Positions 10,110 to 20,473 of a stretch of DNA of 64,000 bases are shown piece after piece (positions within the stretch are counted from its first letter, which is position 1; every line of letters starts with the position of its first letter). The stretch lies in the NCBI GenBank assembly GCA_963789265.1, contig CAWBKB010000006.1, forward strand, positions 384,001 through 448,000, in the 5' to 3' direction. Source of the DNA: an uncultured delta proteobacterium. Its GTDB lineage: Bacteria; Desulfobacterota; Desulfomonilia; Desulfomonilales; Desulfomonilaceae. Under the pieces are notes generated by a model. That model had not been told where the DNA came from. It was given only the letters and a program-made list of their open reading frames with translations, and searched no databases. The translations under genes were made by a program, and so were the position numbers.

Positions 10110-12197
10110 TTAGTGTGAACCTTCAATCACTAAGTGCAATGTTCGGCTAAGCTCTTCGGCACTGTATGGTTTGGCGACAACGCCGCTAAAACCGTATCTT
10201 TTATACTGACTCATAATCGGGTCATTTGAGTAACCGCTCGAGACGACGGCTTTCACCTTGGGCTCGATCTTCACCAGTCTGCGGAGCGTATCCTGACCTC
10301 CCATCCCGCCGGGAATGGTCAGATCCAGGATAACTGCACTGTAAGGAGTCCCCAAGTCTTTGGCGGAACGGTAGAGCTGGACGGCCTCCTCACCATCTCT
10401 TGCTACATCAACTTCGTAGCCTAGAATCATGAGCATTTCCCTTGCCATATCCCTTATTGTCTCTTCATCGTCCATGAGCAGTATTTTCCCCTCGCCGGCA
10501 ACAACCCTCCCGAGAGAATCTTTGTGTTGAGCCACAACTTTCTGAGAGGCAGGGAGATAGACATGAAAGGTTGTGCCGACCCCCGCCTCGGACTCAACTG
10601 TAATCAAGCCATCGTGGTTCTTCACGATGGAATAGGCGGTTGCAAGCCCCAAACCGCTCCCTTTCTGCTTGGTCGTGAAATAAGGGTCGAATATTTTGGG
10701 AAGAATCCGGGCTGGTATACCGACACCCTGGTCTCGTATGGATAACTTGAGGTATTCCTCATTGTTCAAAGAGAGTCCGTCTCCATCGCTTGCCGAGATA
10801 TTCTCAAGAAGCACCTGAATCACGCCCCCTTCAGGCATGGCTTGGTCAGCATTTATTATCAGGTTGCTGATTACTTGGCTGATCTGACCCACGTCAACAT
10901 CGACCTGATAAACATCATCGGGAGCAGAAAGTTCACAGCGGACGTTCGAGCCGCTGGACGCAAACTCGCATGACTCTCTGACCAGTTCTAAGATCGAAGT
11001 GGTCTTTCTGATCGGCGCCCCGCCTTTGGAAAAAGTGAGCAACTGCTGAGTCAGATCTCTGGCCCTGGCGACCGCTTTCTCAGCCTCTTCCATTCTGTGA
11101 GCAATCTTGTCGGGAGAATGTGGAGACATCTTTGCAACGGCAATGTTGCCCAGAATCGAGGTGAGAATATTGTTGAAGTCATGGGCTATTCCCCCGGCGA
11201 GGATTCCAATAGACTCAAGCTTTTCCATCCGGACCAGATCATCGATTGCCCTCTTTCGCGCTGTAATATCGCGGCAAATTCCTCTGAATCCTGACGGCTC
11301 ATCGAGGGCGTCTCTGATTAAAGATATGGAAATAGTGAGGCTTCTCTTTGTTCCATCCTTTCTCGTTATCTCGTGATCGAATATCTTATGGGGTTTCCCG
11401 GTGCTCCGAACCTTGTCAAATGCCTGGAGCGTTCTTTCGGCATTGTCCTCGTCCATGAGTTGCCGATAACTCATTGTCATCAGGGCTTCCCTGGAATAGC
11501 CGGCGATCTCACACATATTGTCGTTGAAGAAGGTGAAATTGCCTGCCATATCAACTTCATAATAGCCGTCTTGAATGGTCTCAATAATATTTCGATATTT
11601 TTCTTCTGATTTGCGCAGATCTTCCTCCATCTTCCTGCGCTCGACAATTTCATTCTTAAGTTCATCCCGGTGCTTCTGAATTAGATGAAGCTGCTTTTTT
11701 TCCGGCGTCAAGTTCTCGACCAGAACTAGGACGGATCGGTACTCTTTCATTTTGAGGGGGCGAAAAGTCATACGCCCCCATATTCGCCTTTTTCGAATTT
11801 GAAGCACCGCAACGTGTTCCCGCGGCTTTTTGGTAGAAAATACTCTTTTCAAGACGGACTGAACTTCTTGACCGGCTAAGGCGTCAACAAATAGAGAAGA
11901 AAAAGGGCTGCCCAGTATTCTCTTATAGCCCCTGTCAACACTTGAGCAGGCTTGGTTGGCAAAAATAATATTGAATTCTCGATCGATCAAAAAGGCAGGA
12001 ACAGGGAGGGACTGGAGCAGTTTGCCGAATGAGCTCGTCCGGACTCCTGTCAGATCGAAGCTGCCGGAAGGGGTCAGGGCGTCTTCAGATAAGCCCTCCA
12101 AACTGACGTTTTCTGTCACTGGGTTCGCTCCTTGCAGGCTGTTTCGGGTTTCGTCATGGCATTCAAAAAAGTACGATATCTGATGGGTCTTTCGCAC
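10110..12197 (-). CDS. PAS-PAS hybrid histidine kinase with receiver domain (start uncertain)
   Basis: AHDFNN H-box, NLIINADQAM, DQGVGI, FTTK..GSGLGL, receiver MDDE/DLTIP. Confidence 0.95.
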   Translation of the reverse strand: MRKTHQISYFFECHDETRNSLQGANPVTENVSLEGLSEDALTPSGSFDLTGVRTSSFGKLLQSLPVPAFLIDREFNIIFANQACSSVDRGYKRILGSPFSSLFVDALAGQEVQSVLKRVFSTKKPREHVAVLQIRKRRIWGRMTFRPLKMKEYRSVLVLVENLTPEKKQLHLIQKHRDELKNEIVERRKMEEDLRKSEEKYRNIIETIQDGYYEVDMAGNFTFFNDNMCEIAGYSREALMTMSYRQLMDEDNAERTLQAFDKVRSTGKPHKIFDHEITRKDGTKRSLTISISLIRDALDEPSGFRGICRDITARKRAIDDLVRMEKLESIGILAGGIAHDFNNILTSILGNIAVAKMSPHSPDKIAHRMEEAEKAVARARDLTQQLLTFSKGGAPIRKTTSILELVRESCEFASSGSNVRCELSAPDDVYQVDVDVGQISQVISNLIINADQAMPEGGVIQVLLENISASDGDGLSLNNEEYLKLSIRDQGVGIPARILPKIFDPYFTTKQKGSGLGLATAYSIVKNHDGLITVESEAGVGTTFHVYLPASQKVVAQHKDSLGRVVAGEGKILLMDDEETIRDMAREMLMILGYEVDVARDGEEAVQLYRSAKDLGTPYSAVILDLTIPGGMGGQDTLRRLVKIEPKVKAVVSSGYSNDPIMSQYKRYGFSGVVAKPYSAEELSRTLHLVIEGSH

Positions 12198-12583
12198 TCA
12201 TTGTACGCGCCCCGGCACGGCAGGACGCATGATAACTAATACCGAGACAAAAGTCTAAGAAATTCAAAGCCGTTTTTCTCTTTCAGGCAAAGTCCTTTAG
12301 CGCAGGTTCGGGCGAAAGCAGATTTCCCATCTGCATCACCCGCTGGAGTCGCGGATGCTTTGCGTCCGGCGATTCGCTCCGTGAGAGGTTGAGGCTTCGT
12401 GAAAGCCCTTTTTTTAGAACTGTCGAGGAGACGCGGGAGGCAACAGCGCGATGTAGCGCACGGTGGCTATTGAGTCACGTTTATATGGGCCATTACAGGT
12501 CTGCTCGAACCTCCAGGTTCACTTTCTTTTTTCCGGGCAGAATCGCCTCCATTTGGCGTAGCCCTCGCTGAGATTCTTTCGGG

Positions 12584-12778
12584 TCATCGGGGTTCCGACC
12601 TGTCAGATTCTATCCGAATTTGGTTCGCTCCCGTAGCCATAGCCCTTAGCAGTCTTTCAAATAGACGTTGCAAGCCATTCTCTGACAGTCCATATTTTTC
12701 CATAAGTTCCGCATCCGAGAGTCCTTGGTCGATATCCGACATGATCTCCGCCACCGGAACCCGTATGGTCTGCTTCAT
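12584..12778 (-). CDS. Small helical hypothetical protein (family recalled as expanded in Desulfomonile)
   Basis: DIDQGLSDAELMEKYGLSENGLQRLFERL pattern; GGAG RBS. Confidence 0.6.
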   Translation of the reverse strand: MKQTIRVPVAEIMSDIDQGLSDAELMEKYGLSENGLQRLFERLLRAMATGANQIRIESDRSEPR

Positions 12779-12973
12779 AGAATCAGCTCCACCCTACAGA
12801 ACACGGTATTAGATATTCTAAGAAATGTGCCGCCTCATTTCACTTTAATGCAGGAGTTTCTACGTAGAAAGCCGAATCTCATCGTATGAATCATAGTTGT
12901 CTTTGACATACATACCATAAATTCATACCATAGGCTGTAGATTTTTGGTCTGCACGAAGTCAATTAATCAGCA

Positions 12974-13255
12974 ATGACTATTCAGACCAGAATCCACTTA
13001 GACCGTTTTGACATTGGAGAAATATTCGGTCAGGTCATTCAGGAGCTTCGGCGACAGCGAGGACTCTCCCAGGAAGCGCTTGGATTCGAGAGTGGGTTAC
13101 ATCGAACTTATGTCAGCCTGTTGGAGCGGGGAAAGAAAAGTCCTACATTAGTAACCATTTTTCTCCTCGCAACTGCCTTAGATTTACCGCCCTCGGAGAT
13201 AGTCCGACGCGTCGAATCTCATTTGCGATGGAGTGCTGAAGATACTTCGGAGTAA
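12974..13255 (+). CDS. XRE-family HTH transcriptional regulator
   Basis: LRRQRGLSQEALGFESGLHRTYVSLLERGKKSPTL. Confidence 0.9.
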   Translation: MTIQTRIHLDRFDIGEIFGQVIQELRRQRGLSQEALGFESGLHRTYVSLLERGKKSPTLVTIFLLATALDLPPSEIVRRVESHLRWSAEDTSE

Positions 13256-13323
13256 AGCAGACAAATCTCGGAAGGAACCTTTCCTGTGCTCACGCCCGAA
13301 CGAAGACGGGCGGCAATGAGTAC

Positions 13324-13533
13324 CAAACTGTCTCAAAATTCTTGAACTGGACGCAATCGTAACATGAAATTCCCTCACCCTGACCCTCTCCCAAAGGGCG
13401 AGGGGACGCTAATAGAGACCTTGGATCAGCTCCCTCTCCCTCTGGGAGAGGGCTGGGGTGAGGGCACCGAAAATGCTGACCAGGCTTAATCGTGGCACGA
13501 TTCTGGGCATCAAATTAGTTTTGAGACAGTTTG
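13324..13533. mobile_element. MITE type A (IS1182-like ends), cargo CCCTCACCC/GGGAGAGGG REP pair
   Basis: TIR CAAACTGTCTCAAAA...TTTTGAGACAGTTTG, 4-bp duplication GTAC both sides. Confidence 0.9.
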
Positions 13534-13819
13534 GTACCGCCGGCCTCACATCCGGGGAGTGTTCTCCACATGCCCGGCCTTCAACACATGCTCTCCCAAC
13601 TTGCAACCGGCTCACTTATTAACGATTCTTCATAAGAACCAAAGGGTTACCCTAAGATCCGCTGATGTATAATTTGGTACGGAAGTTGCTTCCAAGGATG
13701 GCAGATGGAAACCATCAGGTTGAGACGCCAGGCTACTTCTCCCCCCCAGAGTACTGGCGTTTCGTTTGTGTGCGACAGATTTCAATCTCGGAGAAGACAA
13801 CCTAGATTGCTTCGCCGCT

Positions 13820-14945
13820 TCACCGCACCGACTCGCCCTTAGACACCTCGTAAATGGGGAAGTCCGTGTAGCCAACCTCGTCAAAAGAATACCAGAACCT
13901 TCGTATCTGCCGGCGGATTCAGGGGCCAGCCATTCGCGAAACGTTCCACAAGGTCAGGATTGCTTATGTACGGGCGTCCAAAGGAGATCAAATCAGCGCG
14001 ATGATTCCGAATAGCAGCATCAGCGGTTTCTTGGGTGTATCCGCAATTCCCAACAAGCGGCCCATTGAACATTTCGCGGAATTCCGCGAGCGTCATTGGC
14101 GTTCCAAGTTCGTGAAAACCGAAGCCCAAACCGTCCAACACGTGTAGATAGGCGAGTTCATATCGGTCAAGCTGTTTGGCAACATACAGAAAAGTCTCAC
14201 GATAGTCGGGCGAGCCCATATCGTTAAAATTGCCGTTAGGTGCAATGTGCACGCCTACTCTGCCGGACGGCCAAACAGTAAGAATTCCTCTGACAATCTC
14301 GTCCAGGAATCGGAAGCGATTTTCCAGGCTGCCTCCGTAGCGGTCCGTTCGATGATTGGTCTTTGATTGTAGAAATTGATCGATAAGGTACCCATTTGCC
14401 GCGTGTATCTCCACACCGTCGAACCCCGCTGCTTTGGCTCGCTCAGCCGCGCGGCGATAATCCTCCACGGCGGCCGATACTTCATCCGTTTCCAGCGCTC
14501 TAGGCGTTTCATACGGCTGTTTGCCGATAGGCGTATAAATGTAATCTCCATTGATTTTGATGGCCGAGGGCGCTACCGGTAATCCCTGAAGCTCATGGAA
14601 ACTACTGTGAGAGGCTCGTCCACAATGCCACAGTTGCAGGAAGATCGGCGTGCCTTTAGTATGCACCGCGTCAACCACCTTCTTCCAGGCTTCGGCCTGT
14701 TCGTCCGCGTAGATTCCCGGACTGTTCCGCCACCCTATACCTTGCTCGGAAATTACCGTCGCTTCCGTGATGATGAGTGCAGCGGAGGCTCTCTGAGCAT
14801 AGTACTCGGCCATCAATGAATTGGGCAGCCTTTCTTCGCCGGCTCGAGACCGGGTCAGCGGAGACATGACGATTCTGTTCTTCAGCGAGAGATCGCGCAA
14901 GGAATACCCGGCGAGCAAGGCGCCGGATTTCGTAAACTCAGGCAT
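13820..14945 (-). CDS. Alkene reductase / Old Yellow Enzyme (NemA-like), frameshift near 13896
   Basis: HAANGYLIDQFL, RTDRYGGSLENR, GRPYISNPDL; removing one base restores WYSFDEVGYTDFP C-terminus. Confidence 0.9.
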
Positions 14946-15126
14946 GTTTCTTTCTCCTCATTCGTGTTGAACCCTATAAACAGAATTGGTTCCTCGGCCC
15001 ATCGGCCTAGTAACACCAAGATGACACAGGTGATTATGCCGTAATTTCCGCTGGGACGGCTTCTATCCTGATCTTAGGCCGCGCAGTGCATTGACATAAG
15101 CGGCAAGGTTTATTACGGTCGCGTCC

Positions 15127-16580
15127 ATGATCGAGCATGAAGAACATCGCAGTCCCGGCATCTGTATCCTGGTCCTTCAAATAATGGTATTGGCGGCGGT
15201 CCTTATTTTGGGGCACGCCTGCCTTGAGACTCCTGTCACTTTTGCAAAGGACTCGTCCTCCGTCTCTGTTGAAACAGATGCTGCGCGTGTGAGTGAGGAT
15301 TCGCGAGATCAGGCTTCTGAGAAGCACGATGATGCCGCCGTTCGGCAGCAGAGAAGGCCGGAAGAAAATCAAGCTCAGCTTCAAAAAGCAGAGGAACCCA
15401 ACCAGATTAAACAGCACTTGAGTGAAGAAGAAACGTCTAATGCAAGAAGTGATTCAGCCCCTGGATCGAGAATCAGGCGCCAGGTGGCTGGCGGGATTTA
15501 TTTCTTCCAAGCCCTGGAATTGCCCGTTGCGGCAGAAAAAGGAGTGGATAGAATCTGTCCTGGATGCGGTTGAACGCAATCACATTCCTGTCTGCAAAGA
15601 GATTCTGGGACTCGTTGCCACCCTGATTTCAATTGAATCAGGGTTTCAGGCCGATCCGCTGGTGGTGGGCCATTCGGGACGGAGAAGCATGGAGTCTCTT
15701 CTAAAGCGGGCCGAGCTAAAACTCAATGAGGAATATGGCCCTATGATGTCGATGCCTCCGATCCCGAAGTATTATGCCGCGTACAAAAAGAAGTATTGGC
15801 CTAAGTTGCTTGCATGTCATACTGAAAGTGATGTCGAGCTAATAGCAAAGCGTCTTGGCGAAGAATTGAAAAAGGATGCCAAAAACTTTCCCGCTGTCGT
15901 GGGGAACGTTGTGAATCAGAGGCTCAACAAGCTCGAAAACATCGTCAGAAGTAAAGGCTCCATGCAACTAAAGCTGTTGCGCGCCAGACCGGCCATGAGA
16001 GAGCGCGGCGAAGAGTTCACCGATGAAGAGCTTACCCAGTACATGTATACCCGTAATGGCGGCGTAGACGTAGGGGTTGCAGCGCTCAAACCCATGTTTG
16101 TTCAGTACCGCGGCGCGATATGCCAAGAAGAATAATCTGTCCTGGCTCTTCTTTGTGGGGATGGACTATCACTATGGTCCTTTTGCCAGCAGAAACATGG
16201 CGGAACAGATCCGGATAAGGGACCTTTCCGGCGAGAAGATAGCCATAGACGGCAGTTTTCTTAATCACGATGAAAACGGGAAACCTGACCACGAGGATTC
16301 GGACACTCTACTCGCCGCGTGCAAAGCCTTCCCGATCATCCCCAAGGAGGCTTTTTTCAAAGCTTTCTGCTTCGAACGGAGCCCTGATTACATATATACC
16401 GATGTTCATCGCTCCATTGCGGAGGCTCATAGCGAAAAATTCGGAGAAACGCCCTTTGCTGTAATAGGCGAGATAAGGGTGGGGGAAAGTGCGGAAATCA
16501 AATTCGGCATCACCTGGACCACCAGACTTTATCTGAACAAACTTGACCGTTACCTGAATGCTATACCCTGGGACAATTAA
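15127..16580 (+). CDS. Secreted DUF1615-like protein split into three frames
   Basis: Signal peptide; ESGFQADP, GSMQ, YT..GG motifs; three overlapping ORFs joined at about 15440 and 16109. Confidence 0.6.
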
Positions 16581-16643
16581 TAACGGTGCCGCCTGATTGC
16601 AGACGTGCACAAATGACCGCAGGTGGGTATCCCCCAATTACAG

Positions 16644-16897
16644 TAGGGTGGGCATCCTGCCCGCCAATTAATGTCGTGGGCATCCCGCCGCCCGACTGAT
16701 TTTGATGGAGTGGTCACTCATACCGGTTCGCTCACAATGAGTGAGACCCGGCAAATAGCGAACGGCACTGATCTGGCATCATGACGGAACTCAGGTCAAT
16801 GGCGCCCAACATCCATTCATAAGATCCCGGGTACCACCCCGCCATGCCCTTCATCTGGAATCGACGGGCAATCCCGCGCTTCGCGGGACCACCCTAC
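16644..16897. repeat. GTAG-type REP cluster
   Basis: GTAGGGTGGGCATCCTGCCCGCC ... CCACCCTAC, second GTGGGCATCCCGCC. Confidence 0.6.
16872..16888. repeat. 17-nt micro-palindrome TCCCGCG-CTT-CGCGGGA
   Basis: Directly read; sits inside the CCACCCTAC REP. Confidence 0.75.
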
Positions 16898-16916
16898 TGA
16901 TCTTATGTGCAAGCGA

Positions 16917-17729
16917 TCAATCGGCGAAGAACGCCGCGGTGGGACTCACGTCTATTCTTACCTCACGTACTCCGGGTACCTGCTCTGCCATCACCCTGAG
17001 TTCGTCCGCCAACTGTCCGGCCACTGTTGCGCCGGCTTGAGTATCTACATAGACCACTTGGTCCTTGGCTCTCACCCTGACACTAGGACACTCATCAATC
17101 AATCGGGCCTTGACCCTCGCGGCCGTGACCAAATCCTCCAGCACATTCTGAGACTCGGGTGTTGTTCGGAAATGCTCCAATCCGACCGCGTGGCTGATTA
17201 TATCGACTGCATCTTCGACTGTTATCTTGCGAATATGAATCACCATGTCGTAAAGATTGGGGTCCCAAGTGTCCGCACCGAAAAGCTTTAAACTCCACTG
17301 CCGTCTCTCATGGTCGTCCTTTTTCAGGACGTAAAGGGCTTCATCCTTGGAGATCTTTTCGCGTTCCATTTCCAGCCGGACTCGATCCTCGAGATCGGCC
17401 AATATGCGAACTTTGAGCACGTGGTTGACCTTCTTCAGGAAGAAGTGGCCTCCGAGGCCGTGATACACCACATTGTCCTTCCGAACATGCTCCAGGAAGG
17501 CTGCTTCAAAGAAGGCCAAGTACTTTTCTTTGCCGTAAGTGAAACGTTCCAAAACGGACGGTGCGTCGTGGAGAGCCCGCACCAGTTTTATTTCGGGGAT
17601 ATTGAAATGATCGGAAGCTTCGACGAGGACCTCGCGAGAGATGCAGTCGTACCCGAGTCTTTGTGCAACTCTCTCGGCGACATCTTTTCCTTTGCTGTAA
17701 GATCCCCTGGAAATAGTAATTATGGGCAT
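16917..17729 (-). CDS. Cytidylate kinase-like family protein with C-terminal BON-like domain
   Basis: IITISRGSYSKG, DPNLYDMVI; C-term VPGVREV. Confidence 0.85.
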   Translation of the reverse strand: MPIITISRGSYSKGKDVAERVAQRLGYDCISREVLVEASDHFNIPEIKLVRALHDAPSVLERFTYGKEKYLAFFEAAFLEHVRKDNVVYHGLGGHFFLKKVNHVLKVRILADLEDRVRLEMEREKISKDEALYVLKKDDHERRQWSLKLFGADTWDPNLYDMVIHIRKITVEDAVDIISHAVGLEHFRTTPESQNVLEDLVTAARVKARLIDECPSVRVRAKDQVVYVDTQAGATVAGQLADELRVMAEQVPGVREVRIDVSPTAAFFAD

Positions 17730-17807
17730 TGTCCCACTCCTTTCGACCGAACACTAAGTGCATCGTATAGCAAATACGGTGAGGCCAGGAACCTGGCACG
17801 GAAGAAA

Positions 17808-17892
17808 AGATTGCTTCGCTGCGCTCGCAACGACAGATAGCGTGAATGTCATTGCGAGGAGTGAAATCCCGCGTCCCGCGGGAAAGCAATCC
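17808..17892. repeat. GATTGCTTCG/GTCATTGCGAG REP pair containing micro-palindrome at 17867-17883
   Basis: GATTGCTTCGCTGCGCTCGCAACGAC...GTCATTGCGAGGAGTGAAA[TCCCGCGTCCCGCGGGA]AAGCAATC. Confidence 0.8.
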
Positions 17893-18046
17893 CACCTTGA
17901 AACTGCGCGTTCGAGTTCATGAATCGAAATACTAGTACATTTCTCCGTAAGCGAGTTCGGCATGCGCCGAACACTTTTTAGGATAATAATTTTGATCCAT
18001 CCTTACAAACAATTAATTTTTTCGCCGGTCCCGCAACTCACCGGTG

Positions 18047-19165
18047 TCAGTCCCCCTTGATCTTTCTCTCGGCTTTGCAGCTTACGCCGATTCCTTCCAG
18101 CCCCGTGTCGAAACATCCGCTACATGAGATGCACTTGGCTTTCGCGAGATCGCCACTCTTCCAGCGGTTGATCAGATCGGGCTCTCGGATTAGAGGCCGG
18201 CAAAATGCCACGTAATCTGCAATTCCATCGGCAAGAATTCTTGAAACCACAGCGGGAGACCTTATTCCACCCACAGTAACTATCGGCACGTTGACCGATT
18301 CTTTGAACCGACGCGCCAATTCCGCGAGGTAGGCCTCGTCCTCTTCCCGGTGAATATTTTGGCGAGAAGGCACCATTCCATTAACCGAGGCTCGATTGCC
18401 TCCGCTAACCTCGATGCAGTCTATTCCGTCGTCCACCAGCCTGCGGGCCACTTGGAGCGACTCGTCCGGAACTAGGCCTTCATCGACATAATCGTTGCCG
18501 CTCAGCTTGATGAAGACCGGATAATCCGAGCCGACCGCTCCTCTTACCGCTTCCATTGTCTCGCCGAGGAAACGGTAGCGCCTGCTTATGTTTCCCCCGT
18601 AACCGTCGGTTCGCCGATTTGTTGCGCCGGAGAGGAATTGATTGATACCGTACCCATGAGCGCCGTGAAGCTGTATCCCGTCGAATCCCGCCCTTTTGGC
18701 CCTGGAAGCGGCCGCTGCATAAGCTTCGATCACCTGGGCTATCTCCTGCCGCGTCATCTCCTTGGGTGTATTTCCGGTCAGAGCGTCAGGCACAGCGGAA
18801 GGGCCCCAGATTTCTCCTTCTTCCGGGAACAGTTCAGAGTTCGCCCGACTGCCGGTGTGGGCAAGCTGGGCCATCACTTTACCGCCTTGCGAATGGATTG
18901 CCACGGCCAGGCGGCTGAGCCCCTCCAACTGGTTGTCGCTGTAGTTACCAATCTGATAAAGTATGGCGATCCCATTGGGCATCACGTACTGAAACCCGGT
19001 AACAATTAGGCCCACCCCACCGGCAGCCAGCCTACCATAAAATTCTATTGCCGTATCCGTGACGTACCCTTTTCGGTCACCGACACCGGACCACGTGGCG
19101 CTTCGGACGGATCGGTTATTAAGTTCCAGGGACTTAATCATGGTCTTTTCAAAAAGTTCGGGCAT
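18047..19165 (-). CDS. NADH:flavin oxidoreductase (OYE-like family)
   Basis: NRSVRSAT, HGAHGYGINQFLS, RPLIREPDL, CISCSGC. Confidence 0.9.
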   Translation of the reverse strand: MPELFEKTMIKSLELNNRSVRSATWSGVGDRKGYVTDTAIEFYGRLAAGGVGLIVTGFQYVMPNGIAILYQIGNYSDNQLEGLSRLAVAIHSQGGKVMAQLAHTGSRANSELFPEEGEIWGPSAVPDALTGNTPKEMTRQEIAQVIEAYAAAASRAKRAGFDGIQLHGAHGYGINQFLSGATNRRTDGYGGNISRRYRFLGETMEAVRGAVGSDYPVFIKLSGNDYVDEGLVPDESLQVARRLVDDGIDCIEVSGGNRASVNGMVPSRQNIHREEDEAYLAELARRFKESVNVPIVTVGGIRSPAVVSRILADGIADYVAFCRPLIREPDLINRWKSGDLAKAKCISCSGCFDTGLEGIGVSCKAERKIKGD

Positions 19166-19299
19166 TAATCTTGTCTCCTTTCATCCGGCGTCAGAGAAGC
19201 TCCAGGGCCACAGGCGGATGTGATGTAAAGCCGAAGAAGGCCCGGTACCCTCTATTGCCTCGGCAACTCCTGTTATGAGGGGTGAAGAGCAGTTTCGGC

Positions 19300-19503
19300 T
19301 CACTCCTGATCAAAACCAAGTTCTTTGCCGATTTCTCTAAGGCTTTTGGAGGGAGTGTCCATCGATTCTCCCCGTTCTTTCCTCAATTCACGAAGATCTC
19401 CAAAGTCCTCCAATGCCTCCTGAATTTGCAGAAACTCTTCGTAAGGGAGAATTACAAACTCCTTTTTCCCTTCCTTTTCGATAACTTGTGGATGTAATCG
19501 CAT
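19300..19503 (-). CDS. Antitoxin (Phd/YefM-like)
   Basis: GKKEFVILPYEEF..IQEALED; paired with RelE toxin. Confidence 0.75.
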   Translation of the reverse strand: MRLHPQVIEKEGKKEFVILPYEEFLQIQEALEDFGDLRELRKERGESMDTPSKSLREIGKELGFDQE

Positions 19504-19511
19504 GACTGCTC

Positions 19512-19760
19512 CTATCTATATGCTTCCCTAAGATGGCGAATACGGTAAACAACGATTTTATCTCCTTTTACTTCGAAGAGGGCCCGCCATTTCCCCATCC
19601 TAAGCCGGTATTCCGGCCAATGATCCGTCAATTTCTTGATGTCGCCCTTGAGACCGCTTTCAAGCGCCAAAAGAGCATTGTACATGACGCGAGACTCATC
19701 TCTTGGCATGGCTTTCAGGTCTTTCTCAGCCTTCGGCTTCAGTTCGACAGTATATCTCAT
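19512..19760 (-). CDS. RelE/ParE toxin
   Basis: DIKKL...EYRLRMGKWRALF...IRHLREAY. Confidence 0.85.
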   Translation of the reverse strand: MRYTVELKPKAEKDLKAMPRDESRVMYNALLALESGLKGDIKKLTDHWPEYRLRMGKWRALFEVKGDKIVVYRIRHLREAYR

Positions 19761-20150
19761 TCCAATCTATTCCGTGAAATGCTGCAAGCGAGCGCGGAGA
19801 TACTAAGTCCTAAGTCTTGAGGGTCAGGCCTATTTTCTCAGCATTGATTCGTTTCTGCAATTCTCCATTAGTATCACGCTGGCTCTATCACTTTAGTGAT
19901 GATACCAAGAAAGGCGTGTCGATTACCAAGGACGTCCCACAGCTAATCTCTAGCGCATCTGGCTCCAATGTCAACTTTATAAGCCCGATCCCGGATCCAT
20001 GGGGCCAAGGCCCGATCTTGAGATCTTTCTCGCAACCAAGAAAAGATGGGGAGCAGTTGTTATGGAATATGCTATAGTTGGAACTACAGAAGGCCCGGCA
20101 AGACATTGACAAGAATAATTATGCTTGAGCATCATCACAGAGGACTTTAA

Positions 20151-20375
20151 TTGGACCAAAACAACTTTTCGATCTTTGACCTGCCTCCCTCTGAAAAACT
20201 GCAGCTAGTGGAAGACTTGTGGAATGACCTGGCAGCCACTCCAGAAGCGGTGCCGGTGCATGACTGGCAGAAAGAAGAATTGGCCAGAAGAAAGGCCAAT
20301 CTGATGAAAAACCCCGCTGCGGGGCTCACGTGGGAACAAGTGAAGAGACGGGTCCGAAGTCCTTATGGCCGCTGA
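20151..20375 (+). CDS. Putative addiction-module antitoxin; overlapping toxin start (MAAEL) truncated
   Basis: LPPSEKLQLVEDLWNDL..WQKEELARR..TWEQVK. Confidence 0.8.
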   Translation: MDQNNFSIFDLPPSEKLQLVEDLWNDLAATPEAVPVHDWQKEELARRKANLMKNPAAGLTWEQVKRRVRSPYGR

Positions 20376-20473
20376 ATTGATGGCCGCACTTCCTTTTACC
20401 CCTGTCATAAAAGGCCATCCGGCCCATTCTTCCTAAGCGTGTAAAATTCCTGCAATCGGTGCATCTGCGTCCA

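Noticed and set aside
12350..12390. c-di-GMP-I riboswitch (GACGCAAAGC on minus strand)
   Set aside because: The upstream GG(C/T)AAA and GAAA-tetraloop stem are missing
16603..16916. Fifth MITE with ends CGTGCACAAATGA / TCTTATGTGCAAG
   Set aside because: Inverted repeat is short and mismatched, with no target duplication and a single copy
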